From Pelomyxa schiedti (taxonomy: Eukaryota; Protista; Evosea): a DNA stretch of 35,728 bases. The DNA lies in NCBI GenBank assembly GCA_020536535.1, contig JAHLWZ010000969.1, positions 1 through 35,728 on the forward strand, written 5' to 3'. This document shows positions 24,330 to 34,562 of this stretch, piece by piece (the stretch's first letter is position 1; the number at the start of each line of letters is the position of its first letter). The position numbers were made by a program, and so were the translations under genes. The notes under the pieces are model-generated. The model was not told where the DNA came from. It was given only the letters and a program-made list of their open reading frames with translations, and searched no databases.

Positions 24330-25526
24330 TCATGAAGCTTCCATGTACAACACACAAGGCAGTCGGCAGCGCAACAGCCAAGTGCCAGTGACTGCATCAA
24401 CAAAGTCATAGCACTTCTCCTCTTCGAAGGACCCCTCCTCTTGTTGGGTCAATGCAATGATGCCATTCCCACATTGGAACCTACCATTTAGTGCAAATGT
24501 GCGCACAGGTCTCCCAAAGTCATCACCAGTTGAGAACACATTCACAGTGTGGTTGGTTTTGTCCTCTTCTGCAAAGTGTGTGTAATCCACCTTTTTGAAA
24601 CTCCAGGTTGGATAATCGAGCCTTTTGAGTGTACAAAGTGACCTGAGCACCAGTTGTACACCACCAGCAGCATCGCGGATTTTTTCTGGCACCACATACG
24701 TTTGAGCAACCAAATTGCGCTTTTTGGATCGGAACAAAAGACTGCCCCCCCCGGGAAACGAATGTGTGACAACAAGTTGACCTGAATTGTAGCTCTTTTC
24801 CAAGTCTGCACAAAGGAGGTGGTGTCCATCAAAGCTGTAATCCCTAGCTGTCGTTGACAGTGCAACCTCGTCGTCGTCGATCATATCCACCTCCATGATC
24901 TGCCCAGTTACGTCCATGGTTCTGCACACACCTCCTTTCAATCCAAGTGGGCGGATGGCAATCTTCTCTGCCTCGAATTTTGTGAAGAGAACAGCCCACT
25001 TTCTTCCCTTGCGTATCTGGAGGTACTTGCAGTGCTCAAATCCAAGCACCTCCTCCTCAACAACCGTCATCTCCAACGGGTCCACAACGAGGATGTGGGT
25101 ATTCTTCTCAATAGGCAGGGCCCCGTAATTGTTTCCAAGCCACCCCCCTACTTCAAAAGGGTTTGCAATCTGGCCCCATCCCCACAGCTCCACGACACCC
25201 AGTGTAATCGAGACACCAACAAAAACCAGGTGAAACCCTGTGTGGTCCATCGCAGTCATAAAATTTGCCCCACCGCCAGCTGCAGCGGTGTTAATCAATC
25301 TGTATCCACAGACGACAACTCTTCTGATTGCGCGCATTACCAGCGCTTTGCCCACGTCGTACGCGAGCACGCCGTGGGGCACGAGGGACGCAGGGCTGCG
25401 GGCGCCGCAGCGGGGCACCGCGACGCACGCGAGCAGGGGCATGAGCTGGTCGCGAGCCCACAGCACGTGCTCTGGGGGCGTTGCAAGTGTCCCGCGCACC
25501 GCGTGTGGTCGGTTGTGATCACTCAT
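24330..25526 (-). CDS. Intronless lineage-specific family protein (~398 aa): N-terminal 'WARDQL..PRCGARSPA' motif plus beta-rich C-terminal domain
   Basis: Open ORF from ATG 25526; the motif is shared with ORFs starting at 26354, 33179 and 35272; ends 'CGNGIIAL..DFVDAVTGTWLLR'. Confidence 0.8.
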   Translation of the reverse strand: MSDHNRPHAVRGTLATPPEHVLWARDQLMPLLACVAVPRCGARSPASLVPHGVLAYDVGKALVMRAIRRVVVCGYRLINTAAAGGGANFMTAMDHTGFHLVFVGVSITLGVVELWGWGQIANPFEVGGWLGNNYGALPIEKNTHILVVDPLEMTVVEEEVLGFEHCKYLQIRKGRKWAVLFTKFEAEKIAIRPLGLKGGVCRTMDVTGQIMEVDMIDDDEVALSTTARDYSFDGHHLLCADLEKSYNSGQLVVTHSFPGGGSLLFRSKKRNLVAQTYVVPEKIRDAAGGVQLVLRSLCTLKRLDYPTWSFKKVDYTHFAEEDKTNHTVNVFSTGDDFGRPVRTFALNGRFQCGNGIIALTQQEEGSFEEEKCYDFVDAVTGTWLLRCRLPCVLYMEAS

Positions 25527-25713
25527 TGGCTCCTGATTGTGGGAGCGTTTCGGGCGTTTTTTTTTTTTTTCACCAAACGCTGGTAACAATGTTTTTTTTG
25601 TCTGGGGAGCACCCGTCCCTTGTGGCGTTCCTAAGGTGTTCAGGTAATCCTCGCTGTTGTTTATAAGGTTTCACAACAAGTTCTCCTGCATGATTTTGAT
25701 TCCGAGAAAGTGT

Positions 25714-26354
25714 TCATGAGGTGCCCAAGGCGACCCTATTGGATTCCATGTGGGTATGGGGGAGGAATGGCTGGCGCAACAGCCAAGTGCCAGTCACTGC
25801 ATCAACAAGGTCAACGCACCCCTCGTCTGGATGCACCAATGCAATGAAGCCATTCCCACATTTGAACTTACCATCGAGTGCGAAGATGCACACAGGAGTC
25901 TCAAAGTCATCAGTTGAGAACACACTCAGTGTTCTGTTGGTTCTGTCCTCTTCTGCAAAGTGTGTGGAATCCACCTTGTGGAACAACAAGTCCGACGAGC
26001 AAGTGCGCAAGACCTTGAGTGGGCGAAGTGACATCAGCCCAAGCACCCAGCTGCCATCGTTGTTCCTCCTCTCTTTCGTTGGAACAATCAACTTGTGCGA
26101 TTTGGAGCGGAAGGCCATGCGCCGCAGGCTATCCGATCCGTCGAACGAGTCAGTGACCGCGAGTTGGCCTGACTGGTAACTCCTTTTCAAGTCGACGCAC
26201 AAGTGCATTGGCATTGGTCGAGGCAGCGGGGCACCGCGAGGCAGGCGAGCAGGGCGGCGAGCTGGTCGCGGGCCCACAGCACGTGACGGGGCGCTGCGAG
26301 TGCACCACGCACCCCAACGCGTCGTGGCTGCTGCCCAGGTGGTTCCTCGTTCAT
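25714..26354 (-). pseudogene. Tandem paralog of 24330-25526 with a large internal deletion and frameshift
   Basis: ATG 26354 'MNEEPPGQQPRRVGVRGALAAPRHVLWARDQLAALLACLAVPRC' jumps out of frame near 26220 to 'LCVDLKRSYQSGQL..KVDSTHFAEEDRTN..CGNGFIAL..VDAVTGTWLLR'; roughly 200 codons of the paralog are absent. Confidence 0.85.
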
Positions 26355-26603
26355 TAACTACGTTGCTTAGTTAACACATTAGTCTCATGTTCTTGGATTT
26401 GTGTGTCTTTTGATCACTAATGGCGACCTCAGGTACACAACACATTCATTCGACTCCTATTAGGTAGGTAGGTAATACTCCTGAATTTGTTGCCAATTTC
26501 CAATTGTTGATACTCAGGCACAACTCGTCAGTCTGTCTGCTTCGTGGTTGTGGAAGATCACGAAAAGCAGTAGTGAAAAAACATACATACATTCACACAA
26601 TTG

Positions 26604-29600
26604 ATGCCGCGAAGCCCAGCCTTCGTGGTGCCAGCCAAACCAACGACTGCAGCGACCAAAGGCGGAGCCCCAGCCACCGACGTACCGGCCGCCGTGACGC
26701 CTACTGCTACCAAAGACCGCCAAGTAACCCACTGTTACGTAATCGCGCCAGTGGTGGAAAAGAAAACAAAGGCAATCAACCTGTACGGCTCCCTGGTCAG
26801 GCACGGCATCGCGTTCGAGGAACCCCCCCCCCGCGCCCCCTACGTCGTCGTCGTCGTCGGCGGTCTTGTATAAGAAGCCCCGCGTCGCGGTGGATCTTAC
26901 AACCTCCGATTCGGCATCCGAGGCCGGCCGTGTTGTGTTCCACAGGGACGGAAGTGCCATGATGAATGCCGGCTGCGCCGCAAATGGGGCACCATCGGTG
27001 GTCCTGGCACTGACGCCGGAAGACGTGACCAGCTCGACGGTGAAGGCGGTGTGCCGGGCCGCCTCTGTGCTTTACGGCACCTACGATAAGTATCGGCCCG
27101 ACGAGGGGGTGGAGCCGGCCCGGTGGTCTCGTTACAGGTCACTCATCCTGCTCAACTCCAGTAAGAAGGCTCCGATTTTCAAGAACGGAGACGAGGCCCT
27201 TTTGTCACCCCTTGGAATTTCTTTTACTGTATGTTTTTTTGACTAATTTTTTTTTTATTGTTTTAATGATTTCGATGGTTTTAGATGCATGCAACCAAGC
27301 TCGTAAAGTCCTTTGGAATATCCACTGATTCCTTAAAATTTCTGGTGTCGACAATCATTGAAACAGCCACCGCAGCAAAAAATTCCCAAGGTTGTCTCCT
27401 CCACAAATACTGTTTTCCCATTGATCGCAACCAGGTATTTGCAGGCCTGTACCTCTCCCCATACCATCCTTTGACACAAGGATGATACCACTGCCAGTGG
27501 CAGGGCCAATTGATATCACCTGGATGAACCATTTGACTGTCCGATCGCTGCTGGAGCTTTTCTCAGGGGACACCTACCCTCTCGTACTATCATCAGCAAT
27601 CCGAGCATGGGTGAAAGCTGAAAATTGGCCTGCGGTAAAGGAGCTCTGCTTTTCGAGTTATACACACCTTCTGCCCATTGACCTTGACTCCTTGGAACTG
27701 CAAGATGTGCCGGCTCAACTGGAAGGAATCTCATGTGGTTCACTGAATTTATCTCACAACAGCATCACCAAAATTCCCAAATGGCTCCTCCATCCGAGTG
27801 TGTGGTGTGGACCTGAGAAAAAATTCTCCACTGTCTTTGGCACACTTGAAACTGGAAAGTTGGGCAGAAATTAGGAAACTCCTACTGTTTGGCGAAACAC
27901 CAGTACAATCAAATTCCGAAATCAACATCAGAATTATTGTTGCTGGTGGCCCTCGCCCTCTCAAAGCAGCATTATTGCAATGTTTGATGGAGAACAAACG
28001 CAAAATGAAGGTGTACCCACCATCCAGCCCCCACAGTCCAGTTGCATCTGTACTCAAACCTTTCAAGTGGAAGCATCCAAACAATAACCAAATCAGCTAG
28101 ACAGCGTGGGATTTGGGTTTATTTCTCCCGCTCTCTTTTTTTCTTCCTTGATTAATATTTAAAAAGGAGGGGACGATGAGAACTGGAATTCATTTTACCC
28201 ATGTTTCTTCATCCCCAACAACATATTTATGCTCGTTTTTGACCCATCGCCATCCCCAACACCTGTTGGGGTGGGAGAAAGCCATAAGCTTCCAGCACTT
28301 TCCAAAATAACCTTTTGGCTCAACAAAATCAACTCATACCATTGCAACAGGGGAGTATTTTCACGTATTGGTAGCAAGCCAAGGCCCACGGTTTTACTTG
28401 TTGGGAATTATGAAGAAAGCTCCCGCCGTCCTGAGTTAGTCCAATCCGTCACGAGCTCCTGGTCAAAAATCATCAACTTTGTTGGATGTTTTGCAGTTGA
28501 CTTGAGATCGGGAGAGGGCTGTATCTTTTGTGCGAGGAATCCAACAGATGCTAATTATCGCCTACACATTATCAGCGACCTTGTTGATTCTCTGAAACAG
28601 ACATTCAATTCTGCAGTGTCAGTTCCACGAAGCTGGTTGAGGTTGGAGGATTACCTGAGAACTTCAGTTAAAGCCAAGGTACTAAAATGGTCTCAATTGG
28701 TAAATATTGCTCGCAAGTGTGGAGTGGCGAGAAACACAGCAAAAAGGAGCCAAGAGGAGGAGCAAGAGGAATTGAGGGACTGCTTTGAATACTTGTCCGA
28801 TGTGGGTTCCATTTTCCACTTCAGGCACAACTTCAGCGAAGATGGCTGCCAAAGTCCGTCAGGGAAGAATGAGATTGTTGCCTTGGATCCCTCTTGGTTC
28901 AATGACGTCATGACCACATTGACTCAGGCAACCTTAACAGCAGTTGGTGCACCCACTCACATGACCTCAATGGAAAAAATGAGGGTGTCCGCCATCAGGT
29001 GGCCACCTGGCTTTGATTCCAGGGCGGTGCTGGATGTTCTTCCCAAATTGGGGATGATCATGGACATTGGGGTTCAGTGCTCGTATTTGCCTTTCTTCCT
29101 CCTCCCTCAAACTCCTTTCAATTATCTAAAGGCCTTCTTGGAGACGTGCAACTCAAAGAACGGGGAGGTGTTTACATCTGGTTGCATCCTCAACTTTGGT
29201 TTCCTTCCATCTGAGGTCTTTTCGTCTGTTATACGCTCTCTATGCAAGGGAAGAGGACTGCAATTCTTTTGGAGAGATGGAATTGTGTTCTCCAAACAGT
29301 CCAGTGATGTGCGAAACCAAGAATCCTACTTGTTGATCACTCGTGTTCAGCACAAAGTCACACAAGACACAATAGTGGAAGTGATCATGAAAACGGTCTG
29401 CAACAAGGGAGAGCAAGCAAGCTGGAAGGATAATCTCATGACCACTGCCCTCAATTTGTTCCGCAGAACTGTGTTGACCCATAAACATCCAGTGAGCTAC
29501 TCGTTTCCATGCCCGAAATGCTTGGAACAGCACTTTCTGCTCTCTGTCACAGAATCAGCACCCCTTTTCCAGTGCATTCCGGATGGCAGTGTCCGCAGCC

Positions 29601-31128
29601 TCTTCTTTCCCAAACAGATCATGGAGGAAGCCCTGAAGGGCAAAGATAGGATGGATTGCGCTGTGCATCCAGGTGTGCCAATTGCCGAAATTGCCCCATC
29701 TCTCTTCAGCCTGGGTTTTCCTTCCATCATCACCATCAATGCCGTTCAGCCGGGATCAAATTTGATAACCAGATGTGATTGTGGAGGATCACGTGATGGT
29801 GAACAAGAAGGGCGACCTGCGGTCACACTCCAACCAAAAACGTGGTGTTCCGATTTTGCTCTTGACACCAAAGCTGAAACCAAAGGAGTCCGAAATGCCC
29901 AGGTCTTATTTTCGGAAATTACGGCACAGAGTGGAACTCCAGGCCATACCAATGTGGTAAAGTTCTACGGGGTGGCTCTGCATGGAGGCACACTCTTGGG
30001 GTTGAGTGAATTCCTCCCCCCTCTCAGCATCCCTGCTTGTTTGTTTCCCACCACAACTCCTGGCCCCAATCCACCAGAATCTGCAAGTCTCAACCAAGTG
30101 ATTTCTTTGCACGATCTCCTCAAGGTGTGCCTCCAACAACCGCCGAACCTTGAAACATTAAATCGGGTCATGCCCATGGTCTTGCGGCAAAGGATACTCA
30201 GAGATGTTGCCGAGGGACTCAGTCACCTCCACAGTCAGGATCCTCCCATCGTTCACGGTGGGATTGACATTGGTTTGCCCCGTTTCGTCTGTCACAATGC
30301 CAAATAACTCTGTCACAGAGCATGTTTTGATAACTTCATTGGAGGCAACCGGACCTTGCGCGAAGGTTAATTGGCCGGTTGTTTTGGTTTTACTGTTCTT
30401 AAACAATAGATTACACACCCAACGATTCCATGGGACAATTATGCAGCCCCGACGAATGATGTCACTTCCGAAGAGAAAACGCGGCTGTTGGATGGAAGGA
30501 ACAGGAGTCCCGAGGTGCTGAATGGGTATCAGGCCAGTCCCAAGAGCGATGTGTGGGATTTTGGTATTTCATTACTGCCACTCGTCACACTGCAAACTAA
30601 CTCCGTAAAAAGGAATTCTTTTGCACAACTTAATGGCGCCGCTATCTTATGTTGCCCTCAAGTCAGTGACATTATCATCAATAGGAAATTCCGGAGCTGA
30701 AGCATCATCAATTCCACAACCTACAACACTACTGAACTCCCAATCCACCGGGACAACCAGTACACCATCCACTGCGACCAGAACCACAACTACCGGTAGC
30801 TATCTGTTCCTTCTTCTTGCCAAACCACCGCTAATTCACCAACCTTGTAGAAGTTTCAGTACCTGACTCAGCCCTGACTGCAGCTTCTACAAGCATAAGA
30901 ACTCCACCACCCCCACCCTCGGTGATGAAACCAGGGCACACAGAGGTCGAGAGGTTCCACGTTGCACCGGCACTCAGCCACGGGGCCTTTGTTGTTGACA
31001 CTGACCGCTGCGACCCCGCCACCATGCCGCCGTGGTCACTTCAGCTGCTTTCATGCTGCCTTGTTGCTGATCCCTCTGCCAGGTCACCAATGTCATCGCT
31101 GTTGCGCATCTGTGACCACTTCAACTAA
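26604..31128 (+). pseudogene. ROCO-type gene (short LRR, Roc, COR, kinase) with degenerate catalytic motifs, about 3 frameshifts and an in-frame TAG
   Basis: LRR 'LNLSHNSITKIPKWL..VDLRKN'; Roc G3 'AWDLG-GDDE..FFIPNNIFMLVFD'; G4-like 'VLLVGNY'; COR 'VPRSWLRLEDYL..YLSDVGSIFHF..ALDPSWF'; kinase 'HTNVVKFYGV..ILRDVAEGLSHLHSQDPPIVHG..SPEVL..KSDVWDFG..LLSCC..DPSAR'. Frame breaks near 26830, 27481 and 27800; TAG at 28098. Confidence 0.8.
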
Positions 31129-31412
31129 AAAAGAATAACAACAAACAACAACAGAGGCTTTTTGGTTTTACACAAAGAACAAAACCAGGCGACTGTGGAA
31201 AAAATACCAAGGAAGTGTGGTGGCCCACACTGCGCTCCACTACTTTCAAACTGTGACTGCCCACAAAACAGTTTTTGGCATTTTACCCCAAGTCCTGATC
31301 ACAAGCTCCACAGGAAAAGAGTGGTGGAAAAGGAAAACAAGAGGGGCCGCCCAAGTACCAGTCCTGCCCTCAAAGCAAAGGAAAAACCACCAACAAAGAA
31401 AAAAAACACTTA

Positions 31413-32116
31413 CACGGGGGGGCGAGTCTAATGAGAAAAACAGAATTTTTTTAGTGAGCAAAGCAGGGCGAAGCGGCCCGATTTTGCCGGGATTTGTTGA
31501 TGTTTTGTGCGGCGGGGCGGTTGGCGCGGCGCCGCGGCGGCAGCGCGGCGTGTGTGTTCGTTGAATCGGGTGTCGCCGCGGCTGCGCGGCCTTGACATAA
31601 ATGGGTTTTGGTGATTGTTCAGTGGCTGGGTCTTTTGAATATCGCTAGAACCACAAAAAAAATCGACGAGGGGAGGCCATGCCACCAGGTGGTGAAGAGG
31701 AACAAGCAGTGGACAAGCAGTACCCATTTGCTTACTTCTTCGCCACAACTTGTTATTATTTTATTTATCGGAGTGTTTTTGATTTTATTATTTAACGAAT
31801 TTATTTTTAAATAATTATAATGTATTAACTTCTTTCTTATTAATTAAATTATTAATTAATAATTAAATTTAAAATTATTAATAATTTTAATTACGCCTCC
31901 AGTTCTTTTTTCCATTCAACCTATATTAGAAGTCTCCGCATTACACCAGTATTTACGGCAACTTTCCACCAGTATGTAGCTTCTTCTTTCTTCGTTTTCT
32001 CACTTAGGATAATTTAGGTGCCGGACGTGGTGTCTGTAATCCCAGCTGGCTAGGTAACTTTCTTCTGTATTTTATTTTTCTGGCACGGTGGTATGTATCT
32101 TTTTTTTTTTTTACAG
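31413..32116 (+). repeat. Left inverted arm of the element: GC-rich terminal block, AT-rich block, intron-like block
   Basis: 31470-31594 is near-identical to the reverse complement of 32936-33070; internal parts are more diverged. Confidence 0.9.
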
Positions 32117-32434
32117 CTGCGCCAGCTGCCGAGATGGCAACCGCCAACGTGCATCCCTCCCCCCTCGTCACCCCACTCAACGTACTAGGTACCAGACTGG
32201 GCACCAGGCCGAATTCCTCACACTCACTCTCACCATCCTCACCTCACACCTCTATGTACAAGCCTGAAGTCGAAATCGACTTCAGGCAAAAAAAAAAGTT
32301 TTCCGCCCTTAAGTCCTTGGATACAAAATCGTGCCACGTTTTTTTAAATCCACATTTTGGAGAGAAGTGGGCGTTGTGGGTACGCATGAGAGTGAAAGAG
32401 TAAGAAGGGAAATTTGGGCCTGGTTGTGCACACA

Positions 32435-32469
32435 TGACCACCTGACGTGGTTGTCATGTCAGGTGGTCA
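32435..32469. other. Hairpin in the element spacer
   Basis: tgaccacctgac (32435-46) pairs perfectly with gtcaggtggtca (32458-69); extends 4 bp further with G-U pairs around a TTG loop. Confidence 0.75.
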
Positions 32470-32484
32470 ACTTGCCTGCCGCGG

Positions 32485-33107
32485 CTAAGTGTAAAAAAAA
32501 AAAAGCATACCAGTGTCCCAGTGCTGAAAGAACAGATGGAATTTACCTTGCCCGCTGGAATGATAGTTATCTACTATGGGAAACAAAGAAACAAGAAGCC
32601 ACATACCAGTGGAAGGCTCGGAAATACATTAAATGGGTGCGGCAATGCTGTAGGCCTTATTACCTTATTACAAGGCGTAAAAAATTACTTTTAATTAAAT
32701 TAATAATAAATAATTAATAAATAAAATATAAATATATAAAATTGCTTTAATTGATTCAGAAATAAAACAATTAATATTAGATGGAACGACGTGACGGAAG
32801 AGACAAGGCGGGTACCGCTTGTTCCTCTTCACGCCACTGGTGGCATGGTCTCCCCTCGTAGCAGCGATTTTTTTGATGGTAGTGGAGATAAACAAAGAGG
32901 CAAGTCACTGCACAGTCTCCACAACCCCAAACATGCCATTTATGTCAAGGCCGCGCAGCCGGGGCGAGACCCGATTCAACGAACACACACGCCGCGCTGC
33001 CGCCGCGGCGCCGCGCCAACCGCCCCGCGGCACAAAACATCAACAAGTCCCGGCAAAATCGGGCCGCTTCACGCTTCTGTTTTTCTCACTTGACTCGCCC
33101 CCCCGTG
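32485..33107 (-). repeat. Right inverted arm of the element
   Basis: Reverse complement shares ttacgcct..., ttcca..gtatgt.gcttctt.tttctt, gaggggagaccatgccacca and the terminal block with the left arm. Confidence 0.9.
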
Positions 33108-33178
33108 TACGCAAAGAACCCCGAAAAAATATACTTTTGTCTTTCTTCATTTCACTGAAGAAGCAACAAGGAAAAAAA

Positions 33179-34480
33179 ATGCAAGAAAGGAACAGCCGCA
33201 GACGACAACGGGCACAGCAGGCAACAATAACGAGGACCCAGATCCGCGCCACCTGCCAGGACCAGTTTGCGGCGCTCCTCGCGTCGTCGCACCCCCGGTG
33301 CGGCGCTGCCAGCCCCGCCCGGCACCTCGCGGCCGTCTCCCCGCTCATGCGCCACCTGTGGGCCGCCGCAGTCGTCGCCCCGGCCCGCTGGTTCGTCCTG
33401 GCACCCGTCCGTTTCTCCGAGGCGTCTTGGTGCGTCGCGCTCGCCGTGTCCCCTGCGACCCTCGGCGTGCTCCGCGGCCCGGAGGTGACGCCGTCCCACC
33501 CGCTGTCGATGTGGCTGGGGCCCGGGGCGTGCCTGGCGCTCGAGACGGGGGCCGGGCCCGAGGTGCAGTCGATGGCGCTGGTGCCCGCACCCCGCCTGGT
33601 CGTCCCGGGAATGCCACAGAGATCTGCTGTCCCAGACCCACAAGGGAAGTGGGCGCGTTTCCCTCGGGGGGATGACGAGTTCGTGCCACCGCGTGGTGTG
33701 AGGTACACAATGTTGTTGGATGCAAATTACAAGTGGGTGGTGGACTGCTTTGGGTACCTGGGGACTCTTTCCATCACGAAACTGCTGCATCATGATGCAG
33801 CAGGTGGGACGTCAGCCGAAGGGGGAGTTGGTGTGGTGGCTGGAACGACTGTTGCTGTTCAGTTGCCGACTTGGTTTCCAAGGCTTGGCAGGGCGGTGCT
33901 CAACAAGGTGGACCCTGATGAGGCATTGTTGCAGAGTTACTCGAATGGCGACTGTACTGCCTACTTCATCCTCGTGGATGTGCCACTTTCGCACAGCACC
34001 CAGAGCCTCCAAGTTCTCAGTGTCACCAAGTTGAACTTTCCCGAGGGACTGAACTCTGTGTGTGCTCCACTGATCCTGAGGAAAAGCAATGGTGATCCTG
34101 TGTTTGTAATTCCCACCAAGAGAAATGAAATCAATCTCGTTGAAGCTTCCACAGGAGTCAAATCTCTCCTTTCCTCAGACTGCTTTTGGCCGTGCCTCTC
34201 ACAAGTGAGTGCCTCTGTGTTCTGCACATGGCACGGCAGCACCAAGTCCTGCACCATGTGGGACTGCAACAACAGTGCTCAACCTCTGTGGACCGTGAGA
34301 AGTACCTCTGAGGGGCTTTGCCTGAAGCACGTTGTTGGGGGCTCTGGGTTCTTGTTTGCAGTTGGTGACGATAAGATAGAGGTGATGGACGCACTCTCTG
34401 GTTCTGTTCTCATGTCAATTGAACCCTCATTCGGCACACACATGATCCATCCAGGTAGTTCTCTGTTGTGGGGAGAATAA
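33179..34480 (+). CDS. Intronless lineage-specific family protein (433 aa)
   Basis: 'TCQDQFAALLASSHPRCGAASPARHLAAVSPLMRHLW' N-terminal motif; beta-rich C-terminus ending 'GGSGFLF..IEVMDALSGSVLMSI', like the 'CGNGII..FVDAVTGTWLL' end of 24330-25526. The ORF-track start at 32819 lies inside the transposon arm. Confidence 0.82.
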   Translation: MQERNSRRRQRAQQATITRTQIRATCQDQFAALLASSHPRCGAASPARHLAAVSPLMRHLWAAAVVAPARWFVLAPVRFSEASWCVALAVSPATLGVLRGPEVTPSHPLSMWLGPGACLALETGAGPEVQSMALVPAPRLVVPGMPQRSAVPDPQGKWARFPRGDDEFVPPRGVRYTMLLDANYKWVVDCFGYLGTLSITKLLHHDAAGGTSAEGGVGVVAGTTVAVQLPTWFPRLGRAVLNKVDPDEALLQSYSNGDCTAYFILVDVPLSHSTQSLQVLSVTKLNFPEGLNSVCAPLILRKSNGDPVFVIPTKRNEINLVEASTGVKSLLSSDCFWPCLSQVSASVFCTWHGSTKSCTMWDCNNSAQPLWTVRSTSEGLCLKHVVGGSGFLFAVGDDKIEVMDALSGSVLMSIEPSFGTHMIHPGSSLLWGE

Positions 34481-34562
34481 AGGGAGTTCTTTGGGAGTCC
34501 CACGGAGAAACTTGAAAAACGAAGTGGAAAACAGAGAACAACGGTGCCAGAAATCAAAATTA

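Larger units (their letters stand above)
31413..33107. mobile_element. Non-autonomous foldback/long-TIR DNA transposon-like element flanked by TA (IS630-Tc1-mariner-like ends), 1695 bp
   Basis: Left end TA|CACGGGGGGGCGAGTC (TA at 31411-12); right end GACTCGCCCCCCCGTG|TA (TA at 33108-09). The inverted match stops outside the TA. Arms remain alignable inward to ~32115 and ~32485. No transposase ORF. Confidence 0.8.

Noticed and set aside
28098-28100. In-frame TAG as stop-codon reassignment or readthrough
   Set aside because: TAG ends other genes in the window, and the same gene carries frameshifts.
32020-32047. gccggacgtggtgtctgtaatcccagct resembles the 5' end of 7SL/Alu
   Set aside because: The match is short, the TGTAA motif is changed to TGTCA in the second copy and absent from the right arm, and no SRP S-domain follows. 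An Infernal search with Rfam SRP models would settle it.
31413-33107. Polinton/virophage or Helitron identity for the long-IR element
   Set aside because: No 5-6 bp target duplication, no AG-repeat termini, no TC..CTRR ends and no viral or replication genes; only TA is shared at the flanks.
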